A stretch of DNA of 64,000 bases from an uncultured Luteolibacter sp. (GTDB taxonomy: Bacteria; Verrucomicrobiota; Verrucomicrobiia; Verrucomicrobiales; Akkermansiaceae): positions 26,984 through 90,983 of the forward strand of contig CAYWLC010000001.1 of the NCBI GenBank assembly GCA_964458895.1. The letters run 5' to 3'. The position numbers and the translations under genes were made by a program. The notes beneath the pieces were generated by a model. That model did not search any database. It was given only the letters and a program-made list of their open reading frames with translations, and was not told where the DNA came from. Within the stretch, counting starts at the first letter, position 1. Each line of letters starts with the position of its first letter. Of this stretch, positions 21,341-31,275 are shown piece by piece.

Positions 21341-22555
21341 ATGGCAAACGAGTTTGTAGTAAAGAATGGGGCAATCACACCTAATCTTAAATTAACTGGA
21401 TCAACTTCTGGTACAATCACTGTTTTAGCTACTGCTACAGCAGGAACAAATACCTTGACATTACCTGCAGTAACTGGAACTGCAATAACAACTGGAGATA
21501 CTGGATCTGTTACTAATACCATGCTTGCCGGTTCTATTGCACTAGCAAAACTTGCATCAAGTACCATATCTGGAGTTTCACTTGGTTCTAACCTAAACAC
21601 ATTAACTATTAGTTCACCATTAACTGGAACTAGTTATAATGGTTCTGCGGCAGTTTCTATAGGTATGCCTGCTGCAACAACTTCTGTTGCTGGTTATTTG
21701 ACTGCCGCTGATTGGACAACATTTAATGGCAAACAAAATGCTTTAGGATTTACTCCTATTCAACAAGGTGGAGGAACAAGTCAAAGTACTAATAAACTAT
21801 ATATAGGGTGGGCATCAAATAAATTAAGGCTTCAAGTAGATAGTACAGATTTTGGATCAAATTGGCCTATTGATGTATCAGGCTTCGCTGCTTATGCTAC
21901 AAATCAATCAGGTGGTACTGTAAGTGCAACTACTGGAGTATATTCAGGTTTAATTGTTGGCGCTACTGCAACGGTTGCTGATATTAATGTCGCTAATGAT
22001 GCAGGATCAATGTCTATAAGAGGTAATCCTTCATTCCCTGCATCTGTATCTTTCCATAGAACAGGTGCCTATGCAATTAACGTAGGGTTAAGTACAGCTA
22101 ATAACTTTGTAATTGGTGGTTGGTCAGCATCGGCAAATGCCTTCTCTATGACTGGTGGTGGAGCATTGACAATGCTCAACAATATCACAGCATATTCAGA
22201 TGAAAGATTAAAGAAAAATTGGAGAGATTTACCAGTTAATTTTGTCGAACGTCTTGCCGGTGTTAAACATGGAATATATGATCGAACTGACCAAGAATGC
22301 ACCCAAGTAGGTGTATCGGCGCAGTCATTACAACCACTTATGCCAGATGCTATAATGACTCAAGTGGATGGAATGTTATCTGTTTCTTATGGTAATGCTG
22401 CATTAGTTTCAGCGGTTCAATTAGCTAAAGAAGTTGTATTATTAAAAGAACAATCAAGTATGCAAAGTAACACAATTGAGTTGTTAATAGAAGCAATCAA
22501 AGAACAACAAGTACAAATTGATGAACTGAAAGAACTTATAAACAAAGGAAAATAA
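21341..22555 (+). CDS. Tail fibre protein with C-terminal intramolecular chaperone (peptidase S74-like)
   Basis: AYSDERLKKN..GVSAQ..V.Y..LIEAIKEQQ.QI.EL. Confidence 0.82.
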   Translation: MANEFVVKNGAITPNLKLTGSTSGTITVLATATAGTNTLTLPAVTGTAITTGDTGSVTNTMLAGSIALAKLASSTISGVSLGSNLNTLTISSPLTGTSYNGSAAVSIGMPAATTSVAGYLTAADWTTFNGKQNALGFTPIQQGGGTSQSTNKLYIGWASNKLRLQVDSTDFGSNWPIDVSGFAAYATNQSGGTVSATTGVYSGLIVGATATVADINVANDAGSMSIRGNPSFPASVSFHRTGAYAINVGLSTANNFVIGGWSASANAFSMTGGGALTMLNNITAYSDERLKKNWRDLPVNFVERLAGVKHGIYDRTDQECTQVGVSAQSLQPLMPDAIMTQVDGMLSVSYGNAALVSAVQLAKEVVLLKEQSSMQSNTIELLIEAIKEQQVQIDELKELINKGK

Positions 22556-22557
22556 AA

Positions 22558-22782
22558 ATGGCAATTACAAAAACACAAAAATTAACAAGTATTACTTATC
22601 GTGAAGATATGATGACTATACCTAAACAATTATACGTTGAATACCTAATTACTCTTGATGACCCTGAAGATTCTTCATTACCTATATATACAAATAAAGG
22701 TTATTCATTGGTAGCAGATTCAGATATTAGTAATGAAGAAGAAATAGTTCAAAATATGTTCAATGCGGTGTTTAATAAATAG
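22558..22782 (+). CDS. Hypothetical (fibre-associated) protein
   Basis: 74-aa ORF with AAGGA RBS. Confidence 0.55.
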   Translation: MAITKTQKLTSITYREDMMTIPKQLYVEYLITLDDPEDSSLPIYTNKGYSLVADSDISNEEEIVQNMFNAVFNK

Positions 22783-22811
22783 AATATAGAACTAATTATT
22801 GGATCATTAAG

Positions 22812-23792
22812 ATGGCAACAGTAAATACAAGGGAAGGTTTAAAACAATATGCATTAAGAGCATTAGGTGCACCAGTGCTTGAAATAAATGTTGATGATGA
22901 TCAACTAGAAGATCGTATTGATGAAGCAGTAGAATATTGGAGATTATATCATCCAGAAGGTATTGAACAAGTATATGCCAAATATATGATTACTGCTTCT
23001 GTGTTAAATCTTACAACTAATAATGCTGCATCTTTTGGTGATGCAACTGAAGTTACTGGAGCAACATCTGGTGCTACAGCATTTGTAGTTTTAGATGAAG
23101 GTACTAGAACAGAATCAAGAACATCTACAGGAAATGTTCTTCTTGTAGTTAATATAACCGGTAATTTCCTTGCTGGAGAAACTATTTCAAATGATATAAT
23201 TTCTGCTACATTAAGTTTAACTTCTCCAGTAGTTAAAGGTGTATTTGATAATAGATATATTACGCTTCCTGATTTATTGTATGGTGTGACTAGAGTTATT
23301 CCTATGTCTCAAGCATCTTCTTCAAAGAATATGTTTGACTTGCAATACCAATTACGGTTGCATGATTTGTATGATGTTACATCTACATCAATGATCTATT
23401 ATAAGACAGTTATGCAACATCTTGATATGTTGGATTTCGAACTTAATGCAAAACCTGATATTCGGTTTAATAGATTCACAAATAAACTATATCTTGATAT
23501 TAAATGGCACGCAGATGCTCTTATTGGTCAATATCTAATGGTTGATGGTTATGGTGCTTTAGATCCTGTCACTGCTCCTAGAATGTGGGGAGAGTTATGG
23601 TTAAAACATTATACAACTGCATTGTTTAAAAAGATGTGGGCAACTAATATCAAAAAGTTTTCCGGTATACAACTTCCAGGTGGTGTAACATTAGATGGTG
23701 ATTCTCTATATAGAGAGGCAGTTGATGAGATTAAAGATTTAGAAGATGAATTGATGACAAAGTCTGCTCCATTAAGTTGGTTCATGGGATAA
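22812..23792 (+). CDS. gp13: Neck protein gp13
   Basis: LRALGAPVLEINVDDDQLEDRIDEA; KFSGIQLPGGVTLDG. Confidence 0.93.
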   Translation: MATVNTREGLKQYALRALGAPVLEINVDDDQLEDRIDEAVEYWRLYHPEGIEQVYAKYMITASVLNLTTNNAASFGDATEVTGATSGATAFVVLDEGTRTESRTSTGNVLLVVNITGNFLAGETISNDIISATLSLTSPVVKGVFDNRYITLPDLLYGVTRVIPMSQASSSKNMFDLQYQLRLHDLYDVTSTSMIYYKTVMQHLDMLDFELNAKPDIRFNRFTNKLYLDIKWHADALIGQYLMVDGYGALDPVTAPRMWGELWLKHYTTALFKKMWATNIKKFSGIQLPGGVTLDGDSLYREAVDEIKDLEDELMTKSAPLSWFMG

Positions 23793-23795
23793 ATC

Positions 23796-24701
23796 ATGAC
23801 AACAACTAATGTATATTTTACGCATGGTACTAAAAACGAACAATATCTTGTAGAAGATCTAATAATTGAATCACTTCGTATGTATGGAAATGAAGTGATG
23901 TATATTCCTAGAACATTAGTTGCAAAAGATAATATTCTAGGAGAAGATAGATTATCTCAATTCAAGACTGCATTTCCTATTGAAATGTATTTTGAAAACA
24001 TTGATTCATTTGGTGGTCAGGGATTCATGATCCAAAAGTTTGGATTGATGGTAGAACAATCGGCAACTCTTGTAGTTGCCCGTAGAAGATGGGAACAATT
24101 TGTCGGCAGATACGGTATAACAACTGTACCTACTAGACCTAATGAAGGTGACTTAATTTATTTCCCATTGTCAAAAGGTTTATTTGAAATTAAATTTGTA
24201 CAACATCAAGATCCATTCTATCAATTAGGCAAATTATATGTCTATAAACTTCAAGTAGAATTATTCCAATATGCATCTGAAAGAATTGATACAGGTCATA
24301 CTGATATTGATGTATTTGAATCATTAAAAACATTCTCTACTGATATCACAGATAGTAATTTCGGTGAGGTAACTGCTATTAATATTACAAATACTGGATC
24401 TGCATATTCAACTGCCACAGTACAATTTACATCTTCTACTGGATATGGAGCAACTGCAACCACGGTTATTGGAACTGGAAGTAATGCCGGTAAAATTGTT
24501 GATATTATTATCACTAATCCAGGTACAGGTTATAAATCAATACCTTATGTTGAAATAATTGGAAATGGTACTGGAGCAGTTATTCAAGCCGTTGTTAAAG
24601 TTAATATAGATAAACCAGATTCATACGGTGATAACAACTCATTTTTAGATGAAGCATCTACTGTTGTATGGAATACTAATAATCCGTTCGGAGATATTTA
24701 A
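23796..24701 (+). CDS. gp14: Neck protein gp14
   Basis: DLIIES..G..V.YIPR, RPNEGDLIYFP, FYQLGK, NPFG. Confidence 0.93.
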   Translation: MTTTNVYFTHGTKNEQYLVEDLIIESLRMYGNEVMYIPRTLVAKDNILGEDRLSQFKTAFPIEMYFENIDSFGGQGFMIQKFGLMVEQSATLVVARRRWEQFVGRYGITTVPTRPNEGDLIYFPLSKGLFEIKFVQHQDPFYQLGKLYVYKLQVELFQYASERIDTGHTDIDVFESLKTFSTDITDSNFGEVTAINITNTGSAYSTATVQFTSSTGYGATATTVIGTGSNAGKIVDIIITNPGTGYKSIPYVEIIGNGTGAVIQAVVKVNIDKPDSYGDNNSFLDEASTVVWNTNNPFGDI

Positions 24702-25441
24702 TGTACGAAACTCCATTTTATCACGGAATTATAAGAAAAACTATTATTGGTTTTGGCAGTCTTTTTTCTAATATTAAAATAGAAAGAAAGGAAGGTGGTT
24801 CTGTTACTGGAACTACAATTCAAACCTTAAAAGTTCCAGTAGGATATGCACCAAAGGAAAAGTGGCTAGTAAGAATAGATTCTGATCCTACTTTAGAAGG
24901 ACATACATATACATCATTGCCTAGAATATCCTTTGAAATTACCGGTTATTCTTATGATTCTGTAAGAAAAACAAACAGAATGCAACAAATAAAATGTGGT
25001 GATGGTTTAAGTTCTCTAAGTACATTAAGTTCTGTTGTTCCGTATAATCTTGACATTTCATTGTATATTTTGACAAAAACTCAAGAAGATGCATTACAAA
25101 TAATAGAACAAATTTTACCTACATTTACTCCTGAATACACATTATCAATTAATGCAGTTCCTGAAATGAATGTTATTCAAGACATTCCTATTATTTTAAA
25201 TAGCATTTCGGTTCAAGATGATTATGATGGAGATTTTACTACTAGAAGATTTGTAACTCATACATTAAATTTCACTTTGAAATTAAATTTATTTAGCGGA
25301 AATAGCACAAGTGGTATCATTACTACTGTTAAAGCTAATATTAATGATAGTGTTACTAATGAACCTACTGCTAATTATACTTCTGTAGGTGATCCTACAG
25401 ATGGAAGTATTACATCAGAATCATGGTTAGAACATTTTTAA
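24701..25441 (+). CDS. gp15: Tail sheath stabiliser / terminator gp15
   Basis: FYH..IRK..FG.LF, LPRISFEI, QIIEQILP.F.P. Confidence 0.93.
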   Translation: MYETPFYHGIIRKTIIGFGSLFSNIKIERKEGGSVTGTTIQTLKVPVGYAPKEKWLVRIDSDPTLEGHTYTSLPRISFEITGYSYDSVRKTNRMQQIKCGDGLSSLSTLSSVVPYNLDISLYILTKTQEDALQIIEQILPTFTPEYTLSINAVPEMNVIQDIPIILNSISVQDDYDGDFTTRRFVTHTLNFTLKLNLFSGNSTSGIITTVKANINDSVTNEPTANYTSVGDPTDGSITSESWLEHF

Positions 25442-25456
25442 ATTTAAATTTTTATT

Positions 25457-27058
25457 ATGGCTGCATTAACATATAATAGTAATCCTCAATTAAAAGCAGC
25501 GAATGTGCCTGTTCAGTATACTCAGGAGCAAATACAAGAGTATATTAAATGTAAAAATGATCCCATTTATTTTATTGATACTTATTGTCATATTATCCAT
25601 GTTGATTATGGCATTATACCATTCAAACTATATGATTGTCAAAAGAATAAAATAAAGATTATCCATGAGAATAGAAAAGTTATTCTTATGGAAGGCAGAC
25701 AACAGGGAAAGACACAAACCTCTGCTGCATATATTCTTTGGTATACTAATTTCCACGATGCAAAGAATGTTGCTATTCTTGCTAACAAAGCATCCGCTGC
25801 TAGGGAAGTAATGTCTAGATACCAAATGATGTTTGAATTATTACCTCCTTGGTTACAACAAGGTGTTAAAACCTGGAATAAAGGTGATATTGAATTAGAA
25901 AATATGTCTAAGGTTTTTACTGCAGCTACTACCGGCGCAGGTATTCGTGGTAAAACAGTGAATATGTTATACATCGATGAAACAGCATTTATTCCAAACA
26001 CAGTTGCAGAAGCTTTCTTCACTTCAACATTTCCGACAATATCTTCTGGTAAAACAACTAAAATTTTACTAAGTTCTACTCCACTTGGTTATAATCATTT
26101 TTGGAAGTTTTGGACAGATGCAGAAAAAGGACATAATGATTTTGTAACATTATTCATTCCATATACAGATATTCCTGGAAGAGATGAAACTTGGGCTTCA
26201 GAGCAACGTAGACAATTAGGTGAACTGAAATTCTGCCAGGAAGTACTTTGTTCCTTTCTTGGTTCTAGTTTAACTTTGATACCTCCTGATACTTTATCTA
26301 AACTAACTCCGGATCAAATAGATTATTCTAATGAAGGTCTTGATATATTTAAACGGCCTGAAAAGGGAAAGAATTATGTAATGACAGTTGATCCTTCTAA
26401 AGGCGTTGGAGGTGACAATTCTATAATTCAAGTCATAGATATTACAGAAATACCTTATAAGCAAGTTGCTAAGTATAAAGATAATCATATAAGTCCTTTA
26501 TTATTTCCAAATATAATATATAAAGTAGCAAAAGATTATAATAATGCTTATGTTTTAATTGAGATAAATATATCTGAACAGGTGGCACATATTTTACATC
26601 ATGAGTTAGAATATGAAAACATGATTATTATAAATAAAAAACCAAAGGGATTAGATAGAGGACAATCTGCCGGAGGTGGATTTGGTGGTAGATCGTTTTT
26701 AGGTGTAAACACTGATAAAAAAACAAAAAGAATTGGATGTGCCAATTTAAAATCATTATTAGTAGAAAATAAACTGCTTATTAATGATATGGATACTATT
26801 TCTGAACTATCTACTTTTATTGAAGTTAAGGATTCATACGCAGCAGATGATAGTTATAAAGATGATTTAGTAATGGGACTTGTTATTTTCTCATGGTTAA
26901 CTACACAACCATATTTTAAAGAATTAAATAACGTAGAACTTAGAAAAATGATGTATCAAAACCAAATGAGATTAATAGAAGAAGAGTTAACACCATTTGG
27001 TTTTTATGATGATGGACAAATAGAATCAGAAGCACCTATTATGCTTTTGAATTTCTGA
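25457..27058 (+). CDS. gp17: Terminase large subunit gp17
   Basis: RQQGKT Walker A, LYIDE Walker B, STPLGYNHF, DDLVM nuclease motif. Confidence 0.97.
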   Translation: MAALTYNSNPQLKAANVPVQYTQEQIQEYIKCKNDPIYFIDTYCHIIHVDYGIIPFKLYDCQKNKIKIIHENRKVILMEGRQQGKTQTSAAYILWYTNFHDAKNVAILANKASAAREVMSRYQMMFELLPPWLQQGVKTWNKGDIELENMSKVFTAATTGAGIRGKTVNMLYIDETAFIPNTVAEAFFTSTFPTISSGKTTKILLSSTPLGYNHFWKFWTDAEKGHNDFVTLFIPYTDIPGRDETWASEQRRQLGELKFCQEVLCSFLGSSLTLIPPDTLSKLTPDQIDYSNEGLDIFKRPEKGKNYVMTVDPSKGVGGDNSIIQVIDITEIPYKQVAKYKDNHISPLLFPNIIYKVAKDYNNAYVLIEINISEQVAHILHHELEYENMIIINKKPKGLDRGQSAGGGFGGRSFLGVNTDKKTKRIGCANLKSLLVENKLLINDMDTISELSTFIEVKDSYAADDSYKDDLVMGLVIFSWLTTQPYFKELNNVELRKMMYQNQMRLIEEELTPFGFYDDGQIESEAPIMLLNF

Positions 27059-27070
27059 AATACAATTTTT

Positions 27071-27078
27071 TATAAATA
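27071..27078 (+). promoter_or_regulatory. T4-type late promoter for gp18
   Basis: TATAAATA upstream of the sheath gene. Confidence 0.8.
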
Positions 27079-27141
27079 ATACAATGAATCTTAAGTATGA
27101 TTCATCGTATACCCAGAATATTATTTCTTAGGAGAATTTAA

Positions 27142-29064
27142 ATGGCATATGCGCTAAGTCCTGGAGTTACAATAGTAGAAAAAGATTTTACTAATATTGT
27201 GCCCGCAGTTTCATCATCTACTGGAGCATTTGCAGGTAAGTTCCAGTGGGGTCCAATCGAATACCCAGTACAATTATCATCAGAAGTTGAATTAGTAAAA
27301 CAATTTGGCAAACCTAATGATAGTACCTTTGAATCATTTTTTACTGCAGCAAACTTTTTATCATATACAAACAGTCTATACATATCTAGAATTGATTCTC
27401 TTACTTCAGTTAATGCCGTCAGTACCAGTGGTACTGCTGTTAAAATTAAAAATGTAGATGCTTATGATGATTTAGTTACCTCAACGTATGACTGCTTATG
27501 GGCAGCAAAATACGCAGGTATTTTAGGTAATTCATTGAAAGTTTCAATGGCGGATAGACTAACATTTAAAAATTTAGTTTTGTCTAGTGTTACATCTTCT
27601 AGTATTGTTCCTATTGGTGGAACTACGGTTGTTGGTGTAAGTACACTTTTTGTTTCAGAACTTCATGTTGGAGCTATCCTTAAAACAGATGCTGGTGTAC
27701 TTATTGGTACTGTTAAGTCTATTGAATCTAATACTTCATTAACTTTAGAAGCTCCTGGATCCGTAATTTCTGTTCCTGCAGGTACTGCATTGAAAGCTGA
27801 CTGGGCATATAATGCTCAATTTGATTCTGCGCCTGGAACTTCAGATTATGTTTCTAACTCTAATGCTCTTTATGATGAATTACATATTATTGTTATTGAT
27901 GAAGATGGAGTATTCTCAGGAATAAAAGGTACAATTCTAGAAAAATTTGCTTATGTTTCAAAAGTATCAGATGCTAAAAAATATGATGGTACAATTAACT
28001 ATTATAAAGAAGTAATTAATACACGTTCACAATATATTTGGTGGATGGATCATACTGCAAATATTTCCGGTACAGGTAATGCGTGGGGTATTGCGGTTGT
28101 TGCAGGTGCTTCATATGCTCCTTTAAAAGGTGCTTTGAATGATTCATTTTCCGGTGCAGTCAATGACTTTACTGATTCTGATGGTGCATATGCAGTAACA
28201 TCTTGGGAATTATATTTAAACGACAGTCAATATGATATTAGCTTAATACCAGTAGGTAAAGCAAATTTTGCTACTGCTAATTATGTAATTCAAAATATTG
28301 CAGAAGTTCGTAAAGATTGTGTTGTATTTGTATCTCCACAAGATATATCTACCGGTGATGCTATTATTGGTTCAGGTTCTACTGTGACTGATAAAATTAA
28401 TGCTTATAGAAATGGATTAACATCATCTTCTTATGGTATTATGGATTCTGGTTATAAGTATCAATATGATCGTTATAATGATAAATATCGTTGGGTACCA
28501 CTAAATGGTGATATCGCCGGTATGACTGCACGTACTGATTATACTAATGATGCTTGGTGGTCTCCTGCAGGTTATAATAGAGGTCAAGTTAAAAATGTTG
28601 TTAAACTTGCCGCTAATTTATCTAAAATAGATAGAGATTCAGTATATAAAAATGGTGTTAATCCTGTAGTTACATTTCCTGGACAAGGCACTGTATTATT
28701 TGGTGATAAAACATTATTGGCAAAACCATCTGCATTTGATCGTATCAACGTTCGTAGATTGTTTATTGTCCTTGAAAAAGCAATTGCTACTGCATCTAAA
28801 TATCAATTATTTGAATTTAATGATGCGTTTACAAGAGCTCAATTCAAAAATATTGTTGAACCATTTTTGAGAGATGTTAAAGGTCGTAGAGGTATTATTG
28901 ACTTTAGAGTAATTTGTGATGATACTAATAATACTGGAGAAGTAATTGATCGTAATGAATTTGTAGGCGATATTTATGTTAAACCTGCACGATCAATTAA
29001 CTATATTACTTTGAACTTTATAGCAGTAAGAAGTGGTATTAGTTTCTCTGAAATTGGCGGTTAA
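27142..29064 (+). CDS. gp18: Tail sheath protein gp18
   Basis: SPGV...EKD, WWSPAG.NRG, FDRINVRRLF, KPARSINYITLNF. Confidence 0.97.
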   Translation: MAYALSPGVTIVEKDFTNIVPAVSSSTGAFAGKFQWGPIEYPVQLSSEVELVKQFGKPNDSTFESFFTAANFLSYTNSLYISRIDSLTSVNAVSTSGTAVKIKNVDAYDDLVTSTYDCLWAAKYAGILGNSLKVSMADRLTFKNLVLSSVTSSSIVPIGGTTVVGVSTLFVSELHVGAILKTDAGVLIGTVKSIESNTSLTLEAPGSVISVPAGTALKADWAYNAQFDSAPGTSDYVSNSNALYDELHIIVIDEDGVFSGIKGTILEKFAYVSKVSDAKKYDGTINYYKEVINTRSQYIWWMDHTANISGTGNAWGIAVVAGASYAPLKGALNDSFSGAVNDFTDSDGAYAVTSWELYLNDSQYDISLIPVGKANFATANYVIQNIAEVRKDCVVFVSPQDISTGDAIIGSGSTVTDKINAYRNGLTSSSYGIMDSGYKYQYDRYNDKYRWVPLNGDIAGMTARTDYTNDAWWSPAGYNRGQVKNVVKLAANLSKIDRDSVYKNGVNPVVTFPGQGTVLFGDKTLLAKPSAFDRINVRRLFIVLEKAIATASKYQLFEFNDAFTRAQFKNIVEPFLRDVKGRRGIIDFRVICDDTNNTGEVIDRNEFVGDIYVKPARSINYITLNFIAVRSGISFSEIGG

Positions 29065-29071
29065 TTAGTAT

Positions 29072-29099
29072 TTGGGAGTTGAAATACACTCCCAACTTT
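29072..29099 (+). terminator. Hairpin/terminator after gp18
   Basis: TTGGGAGT-8nt-ACTCCCAA. Confidence 0.55.
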
Positions 29100-29102
29100 A
29101 AC

Positions 29103-29110
29103 TATAAATA
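29103..29110 (+). promoter_or_regulatory. T4-type late promoter for gp19
   Basis: TATAAATA. Confidence 0.8.
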
Positions 29111-29139
29111 ATATAAAGTCATACACCTAAGGAATAAAA

Positions 29140-29742
29140 ATGGCAAATATATCCGATTTTAAATCTCAATTAATTGGTGGCGGTGCCCGAGCCAATCAAT
29201 TTAGAGCATATTTAAATTTTCCTTCTTATGTATCAGCCGGTGCATTTGAAGGAGCAAGAGCACAGTTTTTATGTAAAGGAGCTCAACTTCCTGGATCTAC
29301 TATAGCAAATGTAGAAGTTCCATATAGAGGTCGAGTTGTTAATATTGCAGGAGAACGTACTTTCCAACCATGGACTGTAACACTTATTAATGATACAACT
29401 TTTGGTTTACGTAATGCATTTGAATCTTGGCAAGCAGGCATTCAAAGATATGCAGCCACTGAAGGTAAAACAAATCCTGCCGATTATCAAGTAGATTTAG
29501 AAGTTCATCAATTAGATCGTAATGGTGCTACTTTAAAAGTATATAAATTTGCAGATGCATATCCAACAACTATTGGGGCTATTCAATTAGACTTTGATGT
29601 AATAAACCAACTTGAAACTTTTGATGTAGAATTTACTTATAACTACTTTACATCAAATACTGGTACAGATACTGATGGTGCTTCTTTTGGTACTAACATA
29701 TCAATTGATACTCCAGTTGGAACAATTCCATTTAGTTTCTAA
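29140..29742 (+). CDS. gp19: Tail tube protein gp19
   Basis: GGGARANQF, AGERTF.PWTVT, VHQLDRNG. Confidence 0.95.
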   Translation: MANISDFKSQLIGGGARANQFRAYLNFPSYVSAGAFEGARAQFLCKGAQLPGSTIANVEVPYRGRVVNIAGERTFQPWTVTLINDTTFGLRNAFESWQAGIQRYAATEGKTNPADYQVDLEVHQLDRNGATLKVYKFADAYPTTIGAIQLDFDVINQLETFDVEFTYNYFTSNTGTDTDGASFGTNISIDTPVGTIPFSF

Positions 29743-29772
29743 TCATTTTTCATTATAATTTTGAGATAAAAT

Positions 29773-31260
29773 ATGCAAATTTTTGGTATCGAGTTGGGTA
29801 AGAAGAAATCCGTCAAGGAAAATCCGCTTAGTGTAGTTCCACCAAGTTCGGAAGACGGTAGTACTGTAATAACAACAGCATCAGGTGCTGCGAATTATTA
29901 TGGTCTTGTTCTTGATATGGATTCTATTGTCAAGAATGAAAATGATCTTATCCGTCGATACCGAGAAGTTGCACAATATTCTGATTGTGATTCAGCTATA
30001 ACAGATATTGTTAATGAATCAATTATAACTGAAGATGATAAATCTATTGAACTTAATTTGGATAATTTAAAAGTTTCAGATGGCATTAAGAAAAAAATCA
30101 CCGATGAATTCGAAGAAGTATTAAAACTATTTGATTTCGAAGAATTCGGTCCAGACATTTTCCGTCAATGGTACATAGATGGTAGAGTATATTATCAAGT
30201 ATTGATTGATCCTGCTAATATCAAAAAAGGTATTACAGAATTACGTAAGATTGATCCAAGAAAAATAAGAAAGATCAAGAACGTAATGAAACAACGTAAT
30301 GAAAAAGGCATTGATGTTGTTAAATCTATAGATGAATTTTACATCTATAATGATAAAGGAATTAGTGAGCAAACATCACAAGGTGTTAAACTATCTCTTG
30401 ATTCAGTTATCTATTGCCCTTCTGGTTTAATTGATCCTAATTCAGGAATGACATTAGGCCATTTACATAAGGCAGTAAAACCAACCAACCAGTTAAAAAT
30501 GATTGAAGATGCGGTAGTAATTTATCGTATATCAAGAGCACCTGAAAGACGTATATTCTATATTGATGTTGGTAACTTACCTAAGTTAAAAGCAGAACAA
30601 TATGTAAATGATATTATGAATAAGTTTCGTAATAAAATTGTTTATGATGCTACTACTGGTGAAACAAGAGATGATCGTAAACATTTGTCTATGATGGAAG
30701 ATTTCTGGATGCCAAGGAGAGAAGGCGGTAAGGGTACAGAAATAACTACTCTGCCGGGCGGACAAACTCTAGGTCAAATAGAAGATGTACAATATTTTCA
30801 AAGTAAATTATATCAAGCTTTAAATGTTCCATTAGGAAGATTGCAACCTTCAACAGGATTTAGTATTGGCCGTTCTACAGAAATTACTAGAGAAGAAGTA
30901 AAGTTCAATAAATTTGTAACAAGATTGCGTAAAAAGTTTGCTAATTTACTTGTAGATGCATTGAGAATACAATTAATTTCTAAAGGTATCATTCGAGACG
31001 ATGAATGGTATGATATTAAACAAAGTATTCAGTTTGATTTCCAAAAAGATAATTACTTTTCAGAATTAAAAGAAAGTGAAGTTCTTAATCAACGCATTGT
31101 AACCTTACAACAAATTGATTTATATGTAGGTAAATATTATAGTATTGAATGGATTCAAAAGAATGTATTAATGCAATCTGAAGAAGATATAAAAGAAATA
31201 GCTGCTCAAAATAAAGAAAATCCTCCACCTGTTCCAGAAGATGCACAAAGTGCACAATAA
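29773..31260 (+). CDS. gp20: Portal protein gp20
   Basis: YRISRAPERRIFYIDVGNLPK, EDFWMPRREGGKGTEITTLPGG. Confidence 0.97.
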   Translation: MQIFGIELGKKKSVKENPLSVVPPSSEDGSTVITTASGAANYYGLVLDMDSIVKNENDLIRRYREVAQYSDCDSAITDIVNESIITEDDKSIELNLDNLKVSDGIKKKITDEFEEVLKLFDFEEFGPDIFRQWYIDGRVYYQVLIDPANIKKGITELRKIDPRKIRKIKNVMKQRNEKGIDVVKSIDEFYIYNDKGISEQTSQGVKLSLDSVIYCPSGLIDPNSGMTLGHLHKAVKPTNQLKMIEDAVVIYRISRAPERRIFYIDVGNLPKLKAEQYVNDIMNKFRNKIVYDATTGETRDDRKHLSMMEDFWMPRREGGKGTEITTLPGGQTLGQIEDVQYFQSKLYQALNVPLGRLQPSTGFSIGRSTEITREEVKFNKFVTRLRKKFANLLVDALRIQLISKGIIRDDEWYDIKQSIQFDFQKDNYFSELKESEVLNQRIVTLQQIDLYVGKYYSIEWIQKNVLMQSEEDIKEIAAQNKENPPPVPEDAQSAQ

Positions 31261-31275
31261 TTAAGGATACCAAAA

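Noticed and set aside
13385-22555. Diversity-generating retroelement or invertible fibre cassette
   Set aside because: No reverse transcriptase or invertase; the repeats differ mainly at synonymous sites rather than specifically at adenines
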